Under the pieces are notes generated by a model. That model made no database searches and had not been told where the DNA came from. It saw nothing but the letters and a program-made list of their open reading frames with translations. From an uncultured bacterium (lineage in GTDB: Bacteria > Fidelibacterota > Marinisomatia > Marinisomatales > JACNKV01): a DNA stretch of 64,000 bases. The DNA lies in NCBI GenBank assembly GCA_964645915.1, contig CAZYDH010000002.1:19465-83464 (forward strand), in the 5' to 3' direction. Each line of letters begins with the position of its first letter. The stretch's first letter is position 1. Of the stretch, positions 1 through 9,928 are shown in pieces. The position numbers and the translations under genes are program-made.

Positions 1-2
1 TG

Positions 3-56
3 CAAACTGCCGATGGAAGATTGACTGCGGTTAAAACTGAAAATGAAGAGAATTAA
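3..56 (+). CDS. 3' end of an upstream CDS, possibly exodeoxyribonuclease VII large subunit (partial)
   Basis: Frame-3 reading frame is open from the window edge and ends at TAA 54-56. The tail QTADGRLTAVKTENEEN resembles the DG-x-hydrophobic C-terminal strand of XseA proteins. It lies directly upstream of xseB, the usual xseA-xseB order. Only 17 aa are visible, so this is tentative. Confidence 0.35.
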   Translation, partial: QTADGRLTAVKTENEEN

Positions 57-137
57 GACTTGATCCATATATAAAATAAATAATCGGATTTATGAATCTA
101 CTTGTCAAATAAATTAATAAAAGAGTTAAATTAAAAT

Positions 138-377
138 ATGGGAAAGAAAAAAGAATCGCTAGAATTCGAAGCCGCATTTACTCGGCTGGAAGAAATTGTT
201 GGGAAACTTGAATCAGGTGACCCTCATTTGGATGAAAGTTTAAAACTATATCAAGAAGGTATTGAGTTAATCCAATCTTGTTCAAAAAAACTTGAAAATG
301 CCGAGCAAACCATTAAACAATTAACTTTAGAAAATGATAAATCATCTTCAATGGGGGAGTTTGATGAAGAAGCCTAA
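138..377 (+). CDS. xseB: Exodeoxyribonuclease VII small subunit
   Basis: 79-aa helical protein. FEAAFTRLEEIVGKLESGD..LDESLKLYQEG is the characteristic XseB N-terminal motif. Confidence 0.9.
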   Translation: MGKKKESLEFEAAFTRLEEIVGKLESGDPHLDESLKLYQEGIELIQSCSKKLENAEQTIKQLTLENDKSSSMGEFDEEA

Positions 378-1251
378 ACGATTTGGGATTTGGGGAAACA
401 CTGAAAAACCCGAATTTTGGGAATTGTTTCCAACAATTATATCTTGGGCAAAAGATAAAGGTCTCGAAACTTTTATTACGACAAGAATTCGTGATAAAAT
501 GGATAGCCAACAAGAACAACTTTCAGTTATTGAATCTGCAGAGGATTTTTATAAATTAGATTTCTTACTTACCCTGGGTGGAGATGGTACCATCTTGTCT
601 GCTGCACGTGCTGTTGGCCACAGGAAAACACGTATCCTTGGAATTCATTTAGGTGAATTGGGTTTTTTAGCACAAGTTACCATTAACGATATGATTCATC
701 GCCTAAATTTAGTTTCACAAGGAAAATATACAATCCAATACAGAATGGTCTTAAAATGTGAAGTATATAACGGTGAAAAGCCAAAAATGTTTTTTGCATT
801 AAATGACTTTGTGATTGATCGCGGCAAATCGAATCGGATGCTTAGTTTTCGTTTGTTGGCGAATGATAGGTTTGTTGCTAACTATCGATCCGATGGCCTC
901 ATTATCTCAACCCCAACAGGATCTACGGCATATTCGTTAGCAGCCGGAGGACCGATTGTCATGCCTAAATTAAGTGCGATTGTTGTAACACCGATTTCAC
1001 CTCACACATTAACGCTTCGGTCAATTGTTCTTCCAGATGAGAGAACATTAGAAATTGTATTCTCAGAGAAAACACAAGAAGAAATAGCCCTATCCGTTGA
1101 TGGACAGATTTGTGAATACTTGGATTGTCAATCAAAAGTTTATATACAAAAAGCTCCTCATGAAATATATATGATCGATTTTGAGGACACTAATTATTTT
1201 CAAACACTTCGAACTAAAATGGGTTGGGGGAAGCGCGGAGAAATTGATTAA
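364..1251 (+). CDS. nadK: NAD(+) kinase
   Basis: Carries the GGDGT motif (LTLGGDGTILSAAR), NDFVIDRG and DGLIISTPTGSTAYSLAAGGPIV. I chose the ATG at 364, which overlaps the xseB stop. The ORF-track start at 334 is an upstream in-frame ATG. Confidence 0.92.
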   Translation: MKKPKRFGIWGNTEKPEFWELFPTIISWAKDKGLETFITTRIRDKMDSQQEQLSVIESAEDFYKLDFLLTLGGDGTILSAARAVGHRKTRILGIHLGELGFLAQVTINDMIHRLNLVSQGKYTIQYRMVLKCEVYNGEKPKMFFALNDFVIDRGKSNRMLSFRLLANDRFVANYRSDGLIISTPTGSTAYSLAAGGPIVMPKLSAIVVTPISPHTLTLRSIVLPDERTLEIVFSEKTQEEIALSVDGQICEYLDCQSKVYIQKAPHEIYMIDFEDTNYFQTLRTKMGWGKRGEID

Positions 1252-1272
1252 ACCAAGTTGTAAAAAACTATT

Positions 1273-1680
1273 TTAATTTATACTCGACACACTTTGATGT
1301 TGTCGTAAAATACAATCATCCATTACAACGAACAGTCCTGCATTTTCTGCCTTTTTTGCAGCAGATTCATTGATCACTCCATCTTGAAACCAAATCGCTT
1401 TTGCACCAATCTCAATCGCAGCATCTGTAATAGACCCAACGTGCTCAGATCGACGGAAAACATCTACAACATCCACTGAATGCGGAATATCCCGTAAGGT
1501 CGGATAACTTTTTTCTCCCAATATTTCATCATGTCCGGGATTGATCGGAACGATTTTGTATCCTTGCGACTGTAAGTAAGCTGCAACTCGATAGCTGGGT
1601 CTGACCGGCTTTGGTGATAACCCGACAACAGCGATCGTTTTATAAGAAAGTATTTTGCTGATAGTTTTTTGCTCGTTCAT
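1273..1680 (-). CDS. CoA-binding domain protein (YccU-like)
   Basis: 135 aa. It has a Rossmann-like N-terminus KTIAVVGLSPKPVRPSY and the layout of the small CoA-binding (YccU/YneT) family. Confidence 0.75.
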   Translation of the reverse strand: MNEQKTISKILSYKTIAVVGLSPKPVRPSYRVAAYLQSQGYKIVPINPGHDEILGEKSYPTLRDIPHSVDVVDVFRRSEHVGSITDAAIEIGAKAIWFQDGVINESAAKKAENAGLFVVMDDCILRQHQSVSSIN

Positions 1681-1741
1681 ATTATTCTCTAGCTGATATT
1701 AATTTGACGATAAACTTTAGATAATGTTACAAATAGTGGTG

Positions 1742-2686
1742 TTATTGTTTACCCAGTCGTTTTACAATATTGCCAAGGATATACCAAATTATATTCGGAT
1801 TTTCTTTCAATCGGCGAATAGAATAATCAAACCATGATTTTCCGAATGGAACATAAACACGGACTTTATATCCCTTGTTTTTCAAACATTCAAGTCTATC
1901 TCCCATAGGCACACCATACAATACTTGAAATTCAAATCGACTTTTATCAACTTGGTTATAAGTGATCCATTCGTCTAAATGGTCAATAATTTTTAAATCA
2001 TGGGTTGCAATCTCTGCATAACCTTGTCCATTTAAAATTGTTTTAACTATTTTAATAAAATTCTGACGGATATCGTCAGAGTTATGATAAGCTATTCCCG
2101 ATGATTCCTTATAAATCCCTTTACAGATACGTAAACGAAAATCCGGAGCGTCTAATGAACGAACATCTTCAACACTTCTGAAAAGATAGGCTTGTAATAC
2201 CGTTCCGGTTCCGGAATGCTCTTCAAGACAGGTTTGATATATTTGGAGTGTTTCTTCGGTATAGGGAGAATTTTCCATATCAATTGTGACTTGGAGTCCT
2301 AATTGTTTTGCCTTTTGTATGATCGTTAAGAAATTGTTTTCAGCAATTTCTTTATCAAGCTCCAATCCAAGATGCGTGGGTTTAACTGAGATAGTGCTAT
2401 CTAATTTTTCTATGTGAATTCTATTTAATAAGTCGCAATAAGCTTCGGTGACATCTTTTGCTTCATCGATAGAATGTACATGTTCACCTAGAATGTCCAG
2501 CGTTACAGAATACCCGCGTGTATTAAGAAGGTGAGCATGAAGAATGGCATCTTGAATAGTCTCACCTGCAACATATGGCGAGGCAAAAGGTTTTGCCATC
2601 CATTTTGGAAGACATGGAAGAATAAGAGTGATGACCTGATTTAAAACTCTAAAAACAAATGCAAATGTTTTGTGAAGAATCGTCAT
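1742..2686 (-). CDS. Monofunctional proline dehydrogenase
   Basis: 314 aa. Motifs YVAGET, LDILGE, SVKPTHLGL, IDMENS, VLQAYL, ICKGIY, ATHD, FEFQVLYG and VYVPFG..W..Y..RRL.ENP line up with bacterial PRODH such as the Thermus-type enzyme. Confidence 0.88.
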   Translation of the reverse strand: MTILHKTFAFVFRVLNQVITLILPCLPKWMAKPFASPYVAGETIQDAILHAHLLNTRGYSVTLDILGEHVHSIDEAKDVTEAYCDLLNRIHIEKLDSTISVKPTHLGLELDKEIAENNFLTIIQKAKQLGLQVTIDMENSPYTEETLQIYQTCLEEHSGTGTVLQAYLFRSVEDVRSLDAPDFRLRICKGIYKESSGIAYHNSDDIRQNFIKIVKTILNGQGYAEIATHDLKIIDHLDEWITYNQVDKSRFEFQVLYGVPMGDRLECLKNKGYKVRVYVPFGKSWFDYSIRRLKENPNIIWYILGNIVKRLGKQ

Positions 2687-2823
2687 TGTGTTTCCTTTTA
2701 CACTCCTTAATGAAAAAAATGAAGGATGAATTTAGACTGATATACCATTATAACGGAAACATTGAAAATAGATTATTAAAAATTAGCAACCCCAAAAAAC
2801 CATGGAATTCCTCGGTATTTAGC

Positions 2824-2853
2824 TTGACTGGCTAAAAACAGATATTCTAAATT
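2824..2853 (+). promoter_or_regulatory. Candidate promoter for the nuo operon
   Basis: TTGACT at 2824-2829, an 18-nt spacer, then TAAATT at 2848-2853. This is about 30 nt upstream of a GAGGA Shine-Dalgarno-like element and the nuoA ATG at 2881. It is a pattern match in AT-rich DNA only. Confidence 0.25.
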
Positions 2854-2880
2854 TACCACTTGAGGATTGATGAATAATTT

Positions 2881-3303
2881 ATGTTACTAAACTTCGGAAC
2901 GATATTTCTCTTTTTGGTGTTGGGGGTAGTCCTTCTCACCGTTCTTTTGTTTATTTCTAAACTTTTGTCCCCATCTAATCCCACTGAAAAAAAGGTCAGC
3001 ACCTATGAATGTGGAGAAATTGCAGAAGGCTCTGCTTGGGTCCAGTTCAATATTCGATATTATATTATTGCGTTGATCTTTTTAATATTTGATGTAGAAG
3101 TATTATTCCTCTTCCCGTGGGCTGTTGTATTTAAAGACTTGGGTTTGTTGGCCTATATTGAGATGGGAATCTTTTTATTAATTCTGATCGTAGGATTAGC
3201 CTATGTTTGGAAAAAACGAGATCTTGATTGGGTGAAATACAAAGTGAAGTATGGAAAAGGTCGTTATCAAAATTTAAATACTGAAGAGCAGGAGACGGTT
3301 TAA
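2881..3303 (+). CDS. nuoA: NADH-quinone oxidoreductase subunit A
   Basis: 140 aa with three TM segments. Contains YECGE and [12 protein letters not shown] motifs. First gene of the nuo array. Confidence 0.93.
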   Translation: MLLNFGTIFLFLVLGVVLLTVLLFISKLLSPSNPTEKKVSTYECGEIAEGSAWVQFNIRYYIIALIFLIFDVEVLFLFPWAVVFKDLGLLAYIEMGIFLLILIVGLAYVWKKRDLDWVKYKVKYGKGRYQNLNTEEQETV

Positions 3304-3798
3304 GTGGGTTATCTAGAGCACAAGTTTGAAGATAATATTGTTGTTACCAAATTGGATAAACTGATCAGTTGGGCACGATCCACATCTCCCTGGTATTTTC
3401 AATTTGGATTGGCTTGCTGTGCAATTGAAATGATGTCTACAGCTGCCAGTCGCCACGATCTTGAACGGATCGGTATGATGCCACGGTCATCACCAAGACA
3501 AGCTGATGTCATGATCGTTGCTGGGACGGTATCCATTAAGATGGCCGAAAGAGTAAAACGACTTTATGAACAAATGGCTGAACCAAAATATGTGATCGCC
3601 ATGGGTAGCTGCGCGACAAGTGGAGGTCCTTATTGGCAACACGGATATCACGTTTTAAAAGGTGTAGACCTGATTATACCGGTAGATGTTTATATCCCCG
3701 GATGCCCTCCCAGACCGGAATCTCTGATTGAAGGATTAATCAAACTTCAGGAAAAAATTAGAAATGAACGTCCATTGACCAAGGAAAAAACAGCATGA
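3304..3798 (+). CDS. nuoB: NADH-quinone oxidoreductase subunit B
   Basis: GTG start immediately after the nuoA stop. N2-cluster ligand motifs are present: [18 protein letters not shown] and IPGCPPRPE. Confidence 0.95.
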   Translation: MGYLEHKFEDNIVVTKLDKLISWARSTSPWYFQFGLACCAIEMMSTAASRHDLERIGMMPRSSPRQADVMIVAGTVSIKMAERVKRLYEQMAEPKYVIAMGSCATSGGPYWQHGYHVLKGVDLIIPVDVYIPGCPPRPESLIEGLIKLQEKIRNERPLTKEKTA

Positions 3799-4280
3799 TC
3801 AATCTTAAAGTTGCAGAGCTGTTAGAAGCAAAATTCCCTGGTTCGATTGTTCAACTGGAAGAACCTTCCGATCAATTTATACAATTAAACCCGGATCAAT
3901 GGCAAAATATTGCAAAATATTTATTAGAGACGCCCGACCTATTATTTGACTCCCTGCAATGTATAACCGGCGTCGACTTGGATGAAGAAACTTTAGAATC
4001 GAGATATAATCTTCACTCCATGACGCATTTTCACAAGATCGAAGTACGAATCTCTACCTCAAAAGATGATCCGAAAATTCCGTCAGTTGAAACAATTTGG
4101 AGAATTGCTGACTGGTTTGAAAGAGAAGTTTATGATATGTACGGAATTATATTTGAAGGGCACCGAGATTTAAGAAGAATGCTCCTCCCCGAAGATTGGG
4201 AAGGTTGGCCTTTGCGAAAAGATTATGAGACTCCTCAAGAATATCATGGAATGGTTGTACCGAAAGTGAAGAACGTATGA
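3795..4280 (+). CDS. nuoC: NADH-quinone oxidoreductase subunit C
   Basis: ATGA overlap with nuoB. The [17 protein letters not shown] motif is typical of the 30-kDa subunit. Confidence 0.93.
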   Translation: MINLKVAELLEAKFPGSIVQLEEPSDQFIQLNPDQWQNIAKYLLETPDLLFDSLQCITGVDLDEETLESRYNLHSMTHFHKIEVRISTSKDDPKIPSVETIWRIADWFEREVYDMYGIIFEGHRDLRRMLLPEDWEGWPLRKDYETPQEYHGMVVPKVKNV

Positions 4281-5398
4281 GTGTTTTACGCGGCGAAGAA
4301 ATGATTCTGAATATCGGCCCTCAGCATCCGAGTACTCATGGCGTGTTAAGACTGAAGGTAAAAACGGATGGGGAAATTGTCTCTGAGATCACTCCTGTTA
4401 TCGGTTATCTTCATAGATGTTTTGAAAAACATTGTGAAAATATTACATATGAGCAGGTAATTCCATACACAGATCGATGCGATTATATCGCAGCAATGAA
4501 CAATAATTTTGGTTACGTTATTGCCGTTGAAGAAATGATGGATATTCAAGTACCCGAGCGAGTGGAATATATCCGTGTGATTATGGCTGAATTGAATCGT
4601 ATTGCAAGTCATCTTTTAGCGCTGGGAACATATGGACTTGATATCGGAGCGTTTACACCATTTTTATATATGTTCCGTGACCGAGAACGTATTTTGGATC
4701 TATTTGAGACAGTCTGTGGTGCTAGACTTCTATATAATTATATGTGGGTTGGAGGTGTGTCTCACGATTTACCTGTCGGATTTGTAGAAGCTACCTATAA
4801 GTTTTTAGATCATTTTGAACCGCAGATTGATGAATACAATAACTTACTAATGTATAATAAAATTTTTATTGAACGTACTGCAGATGTTGGAGTTCTTCCG
4901 GTTGATGTTGCTATTAATTACGGTGTAACAGGACCGAATCTTAGAGGTTCAGGCTTAAAATGGGATATCCGTAAGAATGAACCCTATTCAATTTATGATC
5001 GATTTGATTTTGATATTCCACTTGGAGAAGGCATTGTCGGTTCAGTTGGAGATTGTTGGGATCGATATTGGGTGAGAACACAAGAAATGCGTGAAAGTGC
5101 AAAAATCGTTCGTCAAGCGCTGAAACAGTTACCCGCTGAAGGGGATATTCACGAAGCTATTCCAAGAAAAATACGTCCTCCAAAGGGATCGATTTATAAA
5201 CGGACAGAATCTCCACGTGGAGATCTTGGATATTACATTATGAGTGACGGGAAACCTAAACCACTCAGAGTAAAAATGCGGTCTCCCGCTTTTACTGCGA
5301 TGAGCGTTTTAGATGAAATATCTAGGGGATGGATGTTATCGGATGTGTTGGCAATTTTAGGGAGTCTTGATATTGTCCTAGGAGAAATTGATCGATGA
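4277..5398 (+). CDS. nuoD: NADH-quinone oxidoreductase subunit D
   Basis: ATGA overlap with nuoC. Contains GPQHPSTHGVLRL, a terminal ES.RG block and the DIVLGEIDR C-terminus of the 49-kDa subunit. Confidence 0.95.
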   Translation: MSVLRGEEMILNIGPQHPSTHGVLRLKVKTDGEIVSEITPVIGYLHRCFEKHCENITYEQVIPYTDRCDYIAAMNNNFGYVIAVEEMMDIQVPERVEYIRVIMAELNRIASHLLALGTYGLDIGAFTPFLYMFRDRERILDLFETVCGARLLYNYMWVGGVSHDLPVGFVEATYKFLDHFEPQIDEYNNLLMYNKIFIERTADVGVLPVDVAINYGVTGPNLRGSGLKWDIRKNEPYSIYDRFDFDIPLGEGIVGSVGDCWDRYWVRTQEMRESAKIVRQALKQLPAEGDIHEAIPRKIRPPKGSIYKRTESPRGDLGYYIMSDGKPKPLRVKMRSPAFTAMSVLDEISRGWMLSDVLAILGSLDIVLGEIDR

Positions 5399-6441
5399 AC
5401 GGATTATTTGACAGCGGATTTATGCTCATCGTATTACTGTCCATTGCGGGATTAGCCATCTTTGGATTAATGGCTGTTATTGCATTGGTTGGCGTCTATA
5501 TTGAGCGGAAAGTCTCTGCATTTATGCAAGATAGGGTTGGTCCGATGGGGCAAGGTGCAGGACTACATGCCGGTAAATGGGGATTGCTCCAAACGGTAGC
5601 AGATACAGTTAAACTTCTCATGAAAGAAGATATTATCCCGAAGGCTGCTGATCGAAAATTATTTATTATTGCGCCTTATATCATTTTTATTGCCGCATTC
5701 ATTGCAATGGCAGCCCTACCGTTTAATCAGGTATTAATCGCAATTAATTTGAACATAGGTGTATTTTATATTCTGGCAGTTAGCTCATTAGGTGTTATAG
5801 GATTAATTTTAGCGGGTTGGGCTTCTGACAATAAGTGGTCTTTATACGGAGGGATGCGCTCAGCAGCACAGATTATTAGTTATGAGATTCCTGCTGCTTT
5901 GTCAATTGTTTCTGTTATTATGATCACCGGCACTTTAAGCATGCAAGGGATTATTCAATCTCAATCAGGAACCATTTTAGGATTTATTCCAAACTGGATC
6001 ATTTTTAATAATCCATTTTCATTTATCGCCTTTTTTGTGTTTTTTATCGCAGGAGTTGCTGAAACAAACCGGACTCCATTTGATATTCCGGAAGCTGAAT
6101 CAGAATTGGTCGCCGGTTTTCATACAGAATACTCAGGAATGCGATGGGCTTTTTTCTTTCTGAGTGAATATGCAAATATGTTTATTGTTTCCGGTATTGC
6201 CGTTACCGTTTTCTTAGGAGGTTGGTTGAGTCCGATCTCAGGATTAATGGATTCTGCAGGATGGGGTCTTTTTTGGTTTTTATCAAAAATTGCCGTTCTG
6301 ATCTTTATCATGATGTGGTTCCGTTGGACATTCCCACGACTTAGGGTAGACCAGTTGATGAATGTAAGTTGGAAATATTTATTACCGATTGCGCTCTTTA
6401 ATATTTTTGGTGTCGGTCTTTGGATGTTGTTGCTGGGGTGA
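5395..6441 (+). CDS. nuoH: NADH-quinone oxidoreductase subunit H
   Basis: Polytopic membrane protein with the ERKVSAFMQDRVGP, AETNRTPFDIPEAESELVAG and FFLSEY motifs of NuoH/ND1. Confidence 0.95.
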   Translation: MNGLFDSGFMLIVLLSIAGLAIFGLMAVIALVGVYIERKVSAFMQDRVGPMGQGAGLHAGKWGLLQTVADTVKLLMKEDIIPKAADRKLFIIAPYIIFIAAFIAMAALPFNQVLIAINLNIGVFYILAVSSLGVIGLILAGWASDNKWSLYGGMRSAAQIISYEIPAALSIVSVIMITGTLSMQGIIQSQSGTILGFIPNWIIFNNPFSFIAFFVFFIAGVAETNRTPFDIPEAESELVAGFHTEYSGMRWAFFFLSEYANMFIVSGIAVTVFLGGWLSPISGLMDSAGWGLFWFLSKIAVLIFIMMWFRWTFPRLRVDQLMNVSWKYLLPIALFNIFGVGLWMLLLG

Positions 6442-6445
6442 TGGA

Positions 6446-7051
6446 ATGAGAAACTATTTATACGGAATTGTTGAGACACTCCAAACAATGTTTACAGGCC
6501 TTGGGATTACATGGAAACATATGGTTCGGATCCGTAAAGGAAATGTGACGCTACAGTATCCTGAAGAGAAGTGGCCGAGACCTGAACGTAATATTGGATT
6601 TGATTTTTCCAATTACAATGTAATCCGTGCTCGTTTACATCAGAACATTGATGATTGTATCGGATGTTTAAAATGCGCCCGTGCTTGCCCTGTGGATTGT
6701 ATCACCATTGAAACAGTGAAGGTCCCAAAAGGAACTGATCTCGGAACTACATCCAATGATACAAAAAAACGGCTGTTGGTAAAAAGATTTGATATCGATA
6801 TGTCTGAATGTATGTTTTGCAATCTTTGTACATATCCCTGCCCGGAGAGTTGTATTTTTATGACAGGTGGACCCAACTCTGAGAAACATGTTTTAGATTA
6901 TGAGTTCTCTGAGTATGATAGAGATAATTTAATCTACAAATTTGCTACCGTTACCCCGGAAGAGATCGAAAGATTAACCACACAACCTCAAGTTGATCTC
7001 GTACCTGCTGAAGATCAAAACAAAACAAATGGAGATGCAATAAATGGCTGA
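6446..7051 (+). CDS. nuoI: NADH-quinone oxidoreductase subunit I (2x[4Fe-4S])
   Basis: Two ferredoxin motifs, CIGCLKCARACP and CMFCNLCTYPCP. I chose the ATG at 6446, just after the nuoH stop. The ORF-track start at 6389 would overlap nuoH by 53 nt. There is a C-terminal extension of about 35 aa after the ferredoxin core. Confidence 0.9.
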   Translation: MRNYLYGIVETLQTMFTGLGITWKHMVRIRKGNVTLQYPEEKWPRPERNIGFDFSNYNVIRARLHQNIDDCIGCLKCARACPVDCITIETVKVPKGTDLGTTSNDTKKRLLVKRFDIDMSECMFCNLCTYPCPESCIFMTGGPNSEKHVLDYEFSEYDRDNLIYKFATVTPEEIERLTTQPQVDLVPAEDQNKTNGDAING

Positions 7052-7532
7052 TTTTGTCTTTTGGATAATTGCCGGCATGACCATTGTTAGCGCTGGACTG
7101 GTTGTGTTTAATAAAAACTTAGTTCATGCTGCAGTGTCATTACTGTTTACATTTTTTGGTCTAGCCGGACTTTATGCATTTCTATGGGCAGATTTTATGG
7201 CTGGTGCTCAGGTGATGATCTATATCGGTGGAATTTTGGTTCTGATTATCTTCGGAATTATGTTAACAAATAAAATTCGTTCAGTGAACATTTCACATTC
7301 AAGTGTACAAAGATCCACCGGGGGACTCGTTGCCGTTGGAATTGCCGGTTTGCTGATTTGGCTGGTTATTAAAACTCCATGGAAAACTGCGCCTGCAGTA
7401 GAACCAACCGGAACAGTTGATAAGATCGGATATTTACTGATGACAGATTATCTGTTACCTTTCGAAGTTGCATCTGTCTTATTATTAGTAGCTCTAATTG
7501 GTGCTGCAATGTTATCAAGGAAGAGGCAATAA
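7044..7532 (+). CDS. nuoJ: NADH-quinone oxidoreductase subunit J
   Basis: 162-aa membrane protein in the conserved position. It overlaps the nuoI stop. The VMIYIGGILVL segment is typical of NuoJ/ND6. Confidence 0.9.
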   Translation: MADFVFWIIAGMTIVSAGLVVFNKNLVHAAVSLLFTFFGLAGLYAFLWADFMAGAQVMIYIGGILVLIIFGIMLTNKIRSVNISHSSVQRSTGGLVAVGIAGLLIWLVIKTPWKTAPAVEPTGTVDKIGYLLMTDYLLPFEVASVLLLVALIGAAMLSRKRQ

Positions 7533-7837
7533 TGGATAATTTATATAGCTATCTTATTATTGCTTCCATCTTATTTTCTCTTGGTGTTTTTGCCGTGATG
7601 ACTCGTCGAAATGGAATTGCCGTTTTAATGGGAGTTGAATTAATTCTGAATGCAGCAAACTTAAATTTTGTTTCATTTTCACGATTTGGTGGTATGAATA
7701 TTGACGGACACATTTTCTCTTTGTTTGTCATTATTTTAGCAGCAGCCGAAGCAGCAGTTGCTCTTGCGATTATCATTAACTTATATAATAATTTTAAATC
7801 CGTAAATATTGATGAAGCTCAGCAATTAAAACAATGA
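7532..7837 (+). CDS. nuoK: NADH-quinone oxidoreductase subunit K
   Basis: 101 aa with three TM segments. Contains GVELILNAANLNFV and AAAEAAVALAI motifs of NuoK/ND4L. TAATG overlap with nuoJ. Confidence 0.93.
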   Translation: MDNLYSYLIIASILFSLGVFAVMTRRNGIAVLMGVELILNAANLNFVSFSRFGGMNIDGHIFSLFVIILAAAEAAVALAIIINLYNNFKSVNIDEAQQLKQ

Positions 7838-9897
7838 ACATATTTATTGAATACACAATCTGGATCTATCTGCTGCCGCTGGCTGCCTTTTTGATTAATA
7901 TTTTCTTTGGCAAGCGGTTACCGCGACAAGGAGATTGGATTTCGATTGGTGCTGTTTTGATTTCTCTGGCATTATCGGTCGCGATGTTTGCAGGGATGTT
8001 GTTGAACTACGATCCTGATTTTAGTCAGGAAATATCATTTACCTGGATCAATCTTGGATCATTTAATGTCAGTCTCGGTTTCTTGGTGGACAATATCACG
8101 ATCACCATGCTGCTCGTAGTATCTTTGATTTCTTCAATGAGTCATATTTTCTCGTTGAAATATATGGAAGGAGATGTCAGATACTCCCGTTATTATGCGT
8201 ATTTATCTTTATTTACCTTTAGTATGAACGGAATCGTCGTTTCCAACAATTTGATGCTACTCTACATGAGTTGGGAATTGGTTGGATTAAGTTCTTATCT
8301 CTTAATCGGACATTGGTTTGAAAAGAAATCTGCTTCGGATGCAGGGATGAAAGCGTTTTTGACCAATCGTGTTGGAGATATTGGGTTCTTTATCGGGATT
8401 ATGTTATTGTTCACTGCGGTAGGATCCCTAACATACAGTGACATTTTTACCAGTGTAGAAAATGGAAAGGTCGTTGGAAGCTTTCTTGGATTAAGTGTTT
8501 TAACTTGGGCAGGAATTGGTTTGTTTATGGGGGCGATGGGTAAGTCATCACAAGTTCCACTCCACATTTGGTTGCCTGACGCGATGGAAGGTCCAACCCC
8601 TGTTTCAGCATTGATGCACGCCGCTACAATGGTTGCGGCAGGTGTCTTTATGGTTGTTAGACTCTTTCCGATCCTTTCTCCGGATGCGCTGGTCTTTATT
8701 GCTTATATCGGTGGAATAACCGCTATCTTTGCTTCGATCATCGCCGTAACACAGAATGATATTAAAAAAGTACTGGCTTATTCAACAGTAAGTCAGCTTG
8801 GCTACATGATCATGTCAGTTGGCACAGGTGCTTATATTGCTGCATTTTTCCATTTGGTTACACACGCAGCTTTCAAAGCTAATTTATTTTACGGATCAGG
8901 AAGTGTTATCCATGCGATGCATCATGCTCTCCATAAAAAACATGACCATGATACAGATCCTCAGGATATGCGAAATATGGGTGGTTTTAAGCACAAAATG
9001 CCTATTACATATTGGGCTATGCTAATCAGCACATTAGCCATTTCAGGAGTTCCATTTTTCTCTGGCTTCCTCTCAAAAGATGCCATTCTTGCCGGAACAT
9101 TATCTTTTGCTTCACATCATCCTCAACACTTTTTATTACCCGTGTTTGGATTTGGGGCTGCAATGATCACTGCTTTTTACATGTTCCGTTTGATATTTAT
9201 GACTTTTCATCATGAACCGAAACGTGAAGATTTATATGATGACATTCATGAATCCCCGGTGGAAATGACAATGCCCTTAGTGATATTGAGTGCACTGAGT
9301 TTTTTCATTTTTTACACATTACCACATTTTAATCCAATGTCTGACCACGGATGGTTCAAAGAGATCATTCAAGCAAAGTCATCGCTGGTTATGGGAGCGC
9401 CTTCCGCTCATGAGATAGCTGAAGGAATTCATCATAGTCATATTCCTGCGATGCTGCTTTCTCTATTTGTTGCGGGCTCGGGAATATTATTAGCATGGTT
9501 AATGTATTATAAGAAAGTATTTTCCGCAGATGCATGGGCAAGACGATTCAAAGGATTGTATAATCTATCCTACAATAAATTTTATATTGATGAACTCTAC
9601 GAACGATTCCTTTACAATCCGTTTTATAAACTTGCAGGACAGGTTGCCTATCTCGATTGGGATCTCTATGACAAATATGTAATTGATGGATTTGGGAAAG
9701 TAACAAATTGGATTGCCAAATTAAGTGGAATTACTGATTATGATGGTTTAGATCAGGGAGTCATTGATGGTTTTGGACGAGTCACTCAACGAATTGGATT
9801 TTGGATGAAGGGACTTCAAACTGGAAGACTGCAGAATTATATCCTTTTCGCTGCGGTTGGAATGATATTAATAATAATTTTTCAAACGATCATTTGA
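7834..9897 (+). CDS. nuoL: NADH-quinone oxidoreductase subunit L
   Basis: 687-aa antiporter-like subunit with WELVGLSSYLLIGHW and LPDAMEGPTPVSALMHAATMV motifs, plus the long C-terminal lateral-helix region. Confidence 0.95.
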   Translation: MNIFIEYTIWIYLLPLAAFLINIFFGKRLPRQGDWISIGAVLISLALSVAMFAGMLLNYDPDFSQEISFTWINLGSFNVSLGFLVDNITITMLLVVSLISSMSHIFSLKYMEGDVRYSRYYAYLSLFTFSMNGIVVSNNLMLLYMSWELVGLSSYLLIGHWFEKKSASDAGMKAFLTNRVGDIGFFIGIMLLFTAVGSLTYSDIFTSVENGKVVGSFLGLSVLTWAGIGLFMGAMGKSSQVPLHIWLPDAMEGPTPVSALMHAATMVAAGVFMVVRLFPILSPDALVFIAYIGGITAIFASIIAVTQNDIKKVLAYSTVSQLGYMIMSVGTGAYIAAFFHLVTHAAFKANLFYGSGSVIHAMHHALHKKHDHDTDPQDMRNMGGFKHKMPITYWAMLISTLAISGVPFFSGFLSKDAILAGTLSFASHHPQHFLLPVFGFGAAMITAFYMFRLIFMTFHHEPKREDLYDDIHESPVEMTMPLVILSALSFFIFYTLPHFNPMSDHGWFKEIIQAKSSLVMGAPSAHEIAEGIHHSHIPAMLLSLFVAGSGILLAWLMYYKKVFSADAWARRFKGLYNLSYNKFYIDELYERFLYNPFYKLAGQVAYLDWDLYDKYVIDGFGKVTNWIAKLSGITDYDGLDQGVIDGFGRVTQRIGFWMKGLQTGRLQNYILFAAVGMILIIIFQTII

Positions 9898-9928
9898 TGC
9901 AAAGATAAAGTTTTTTTAAGGAAATGTT

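Noticed and set aside
6389-6445. Longer NuoI start overlapping nuoH by 53 nt
   Set aside because: The extra 19 residues (MRSLIFLVSVFGCCCWGDG) are not NuoI-like, and the ATG at 6446 directly follows the nuoH stop. Similar upstream in-frame starts for nadK, nqrC, nqrE, pdxT, dxs and tilS were trimmed for the same reason.
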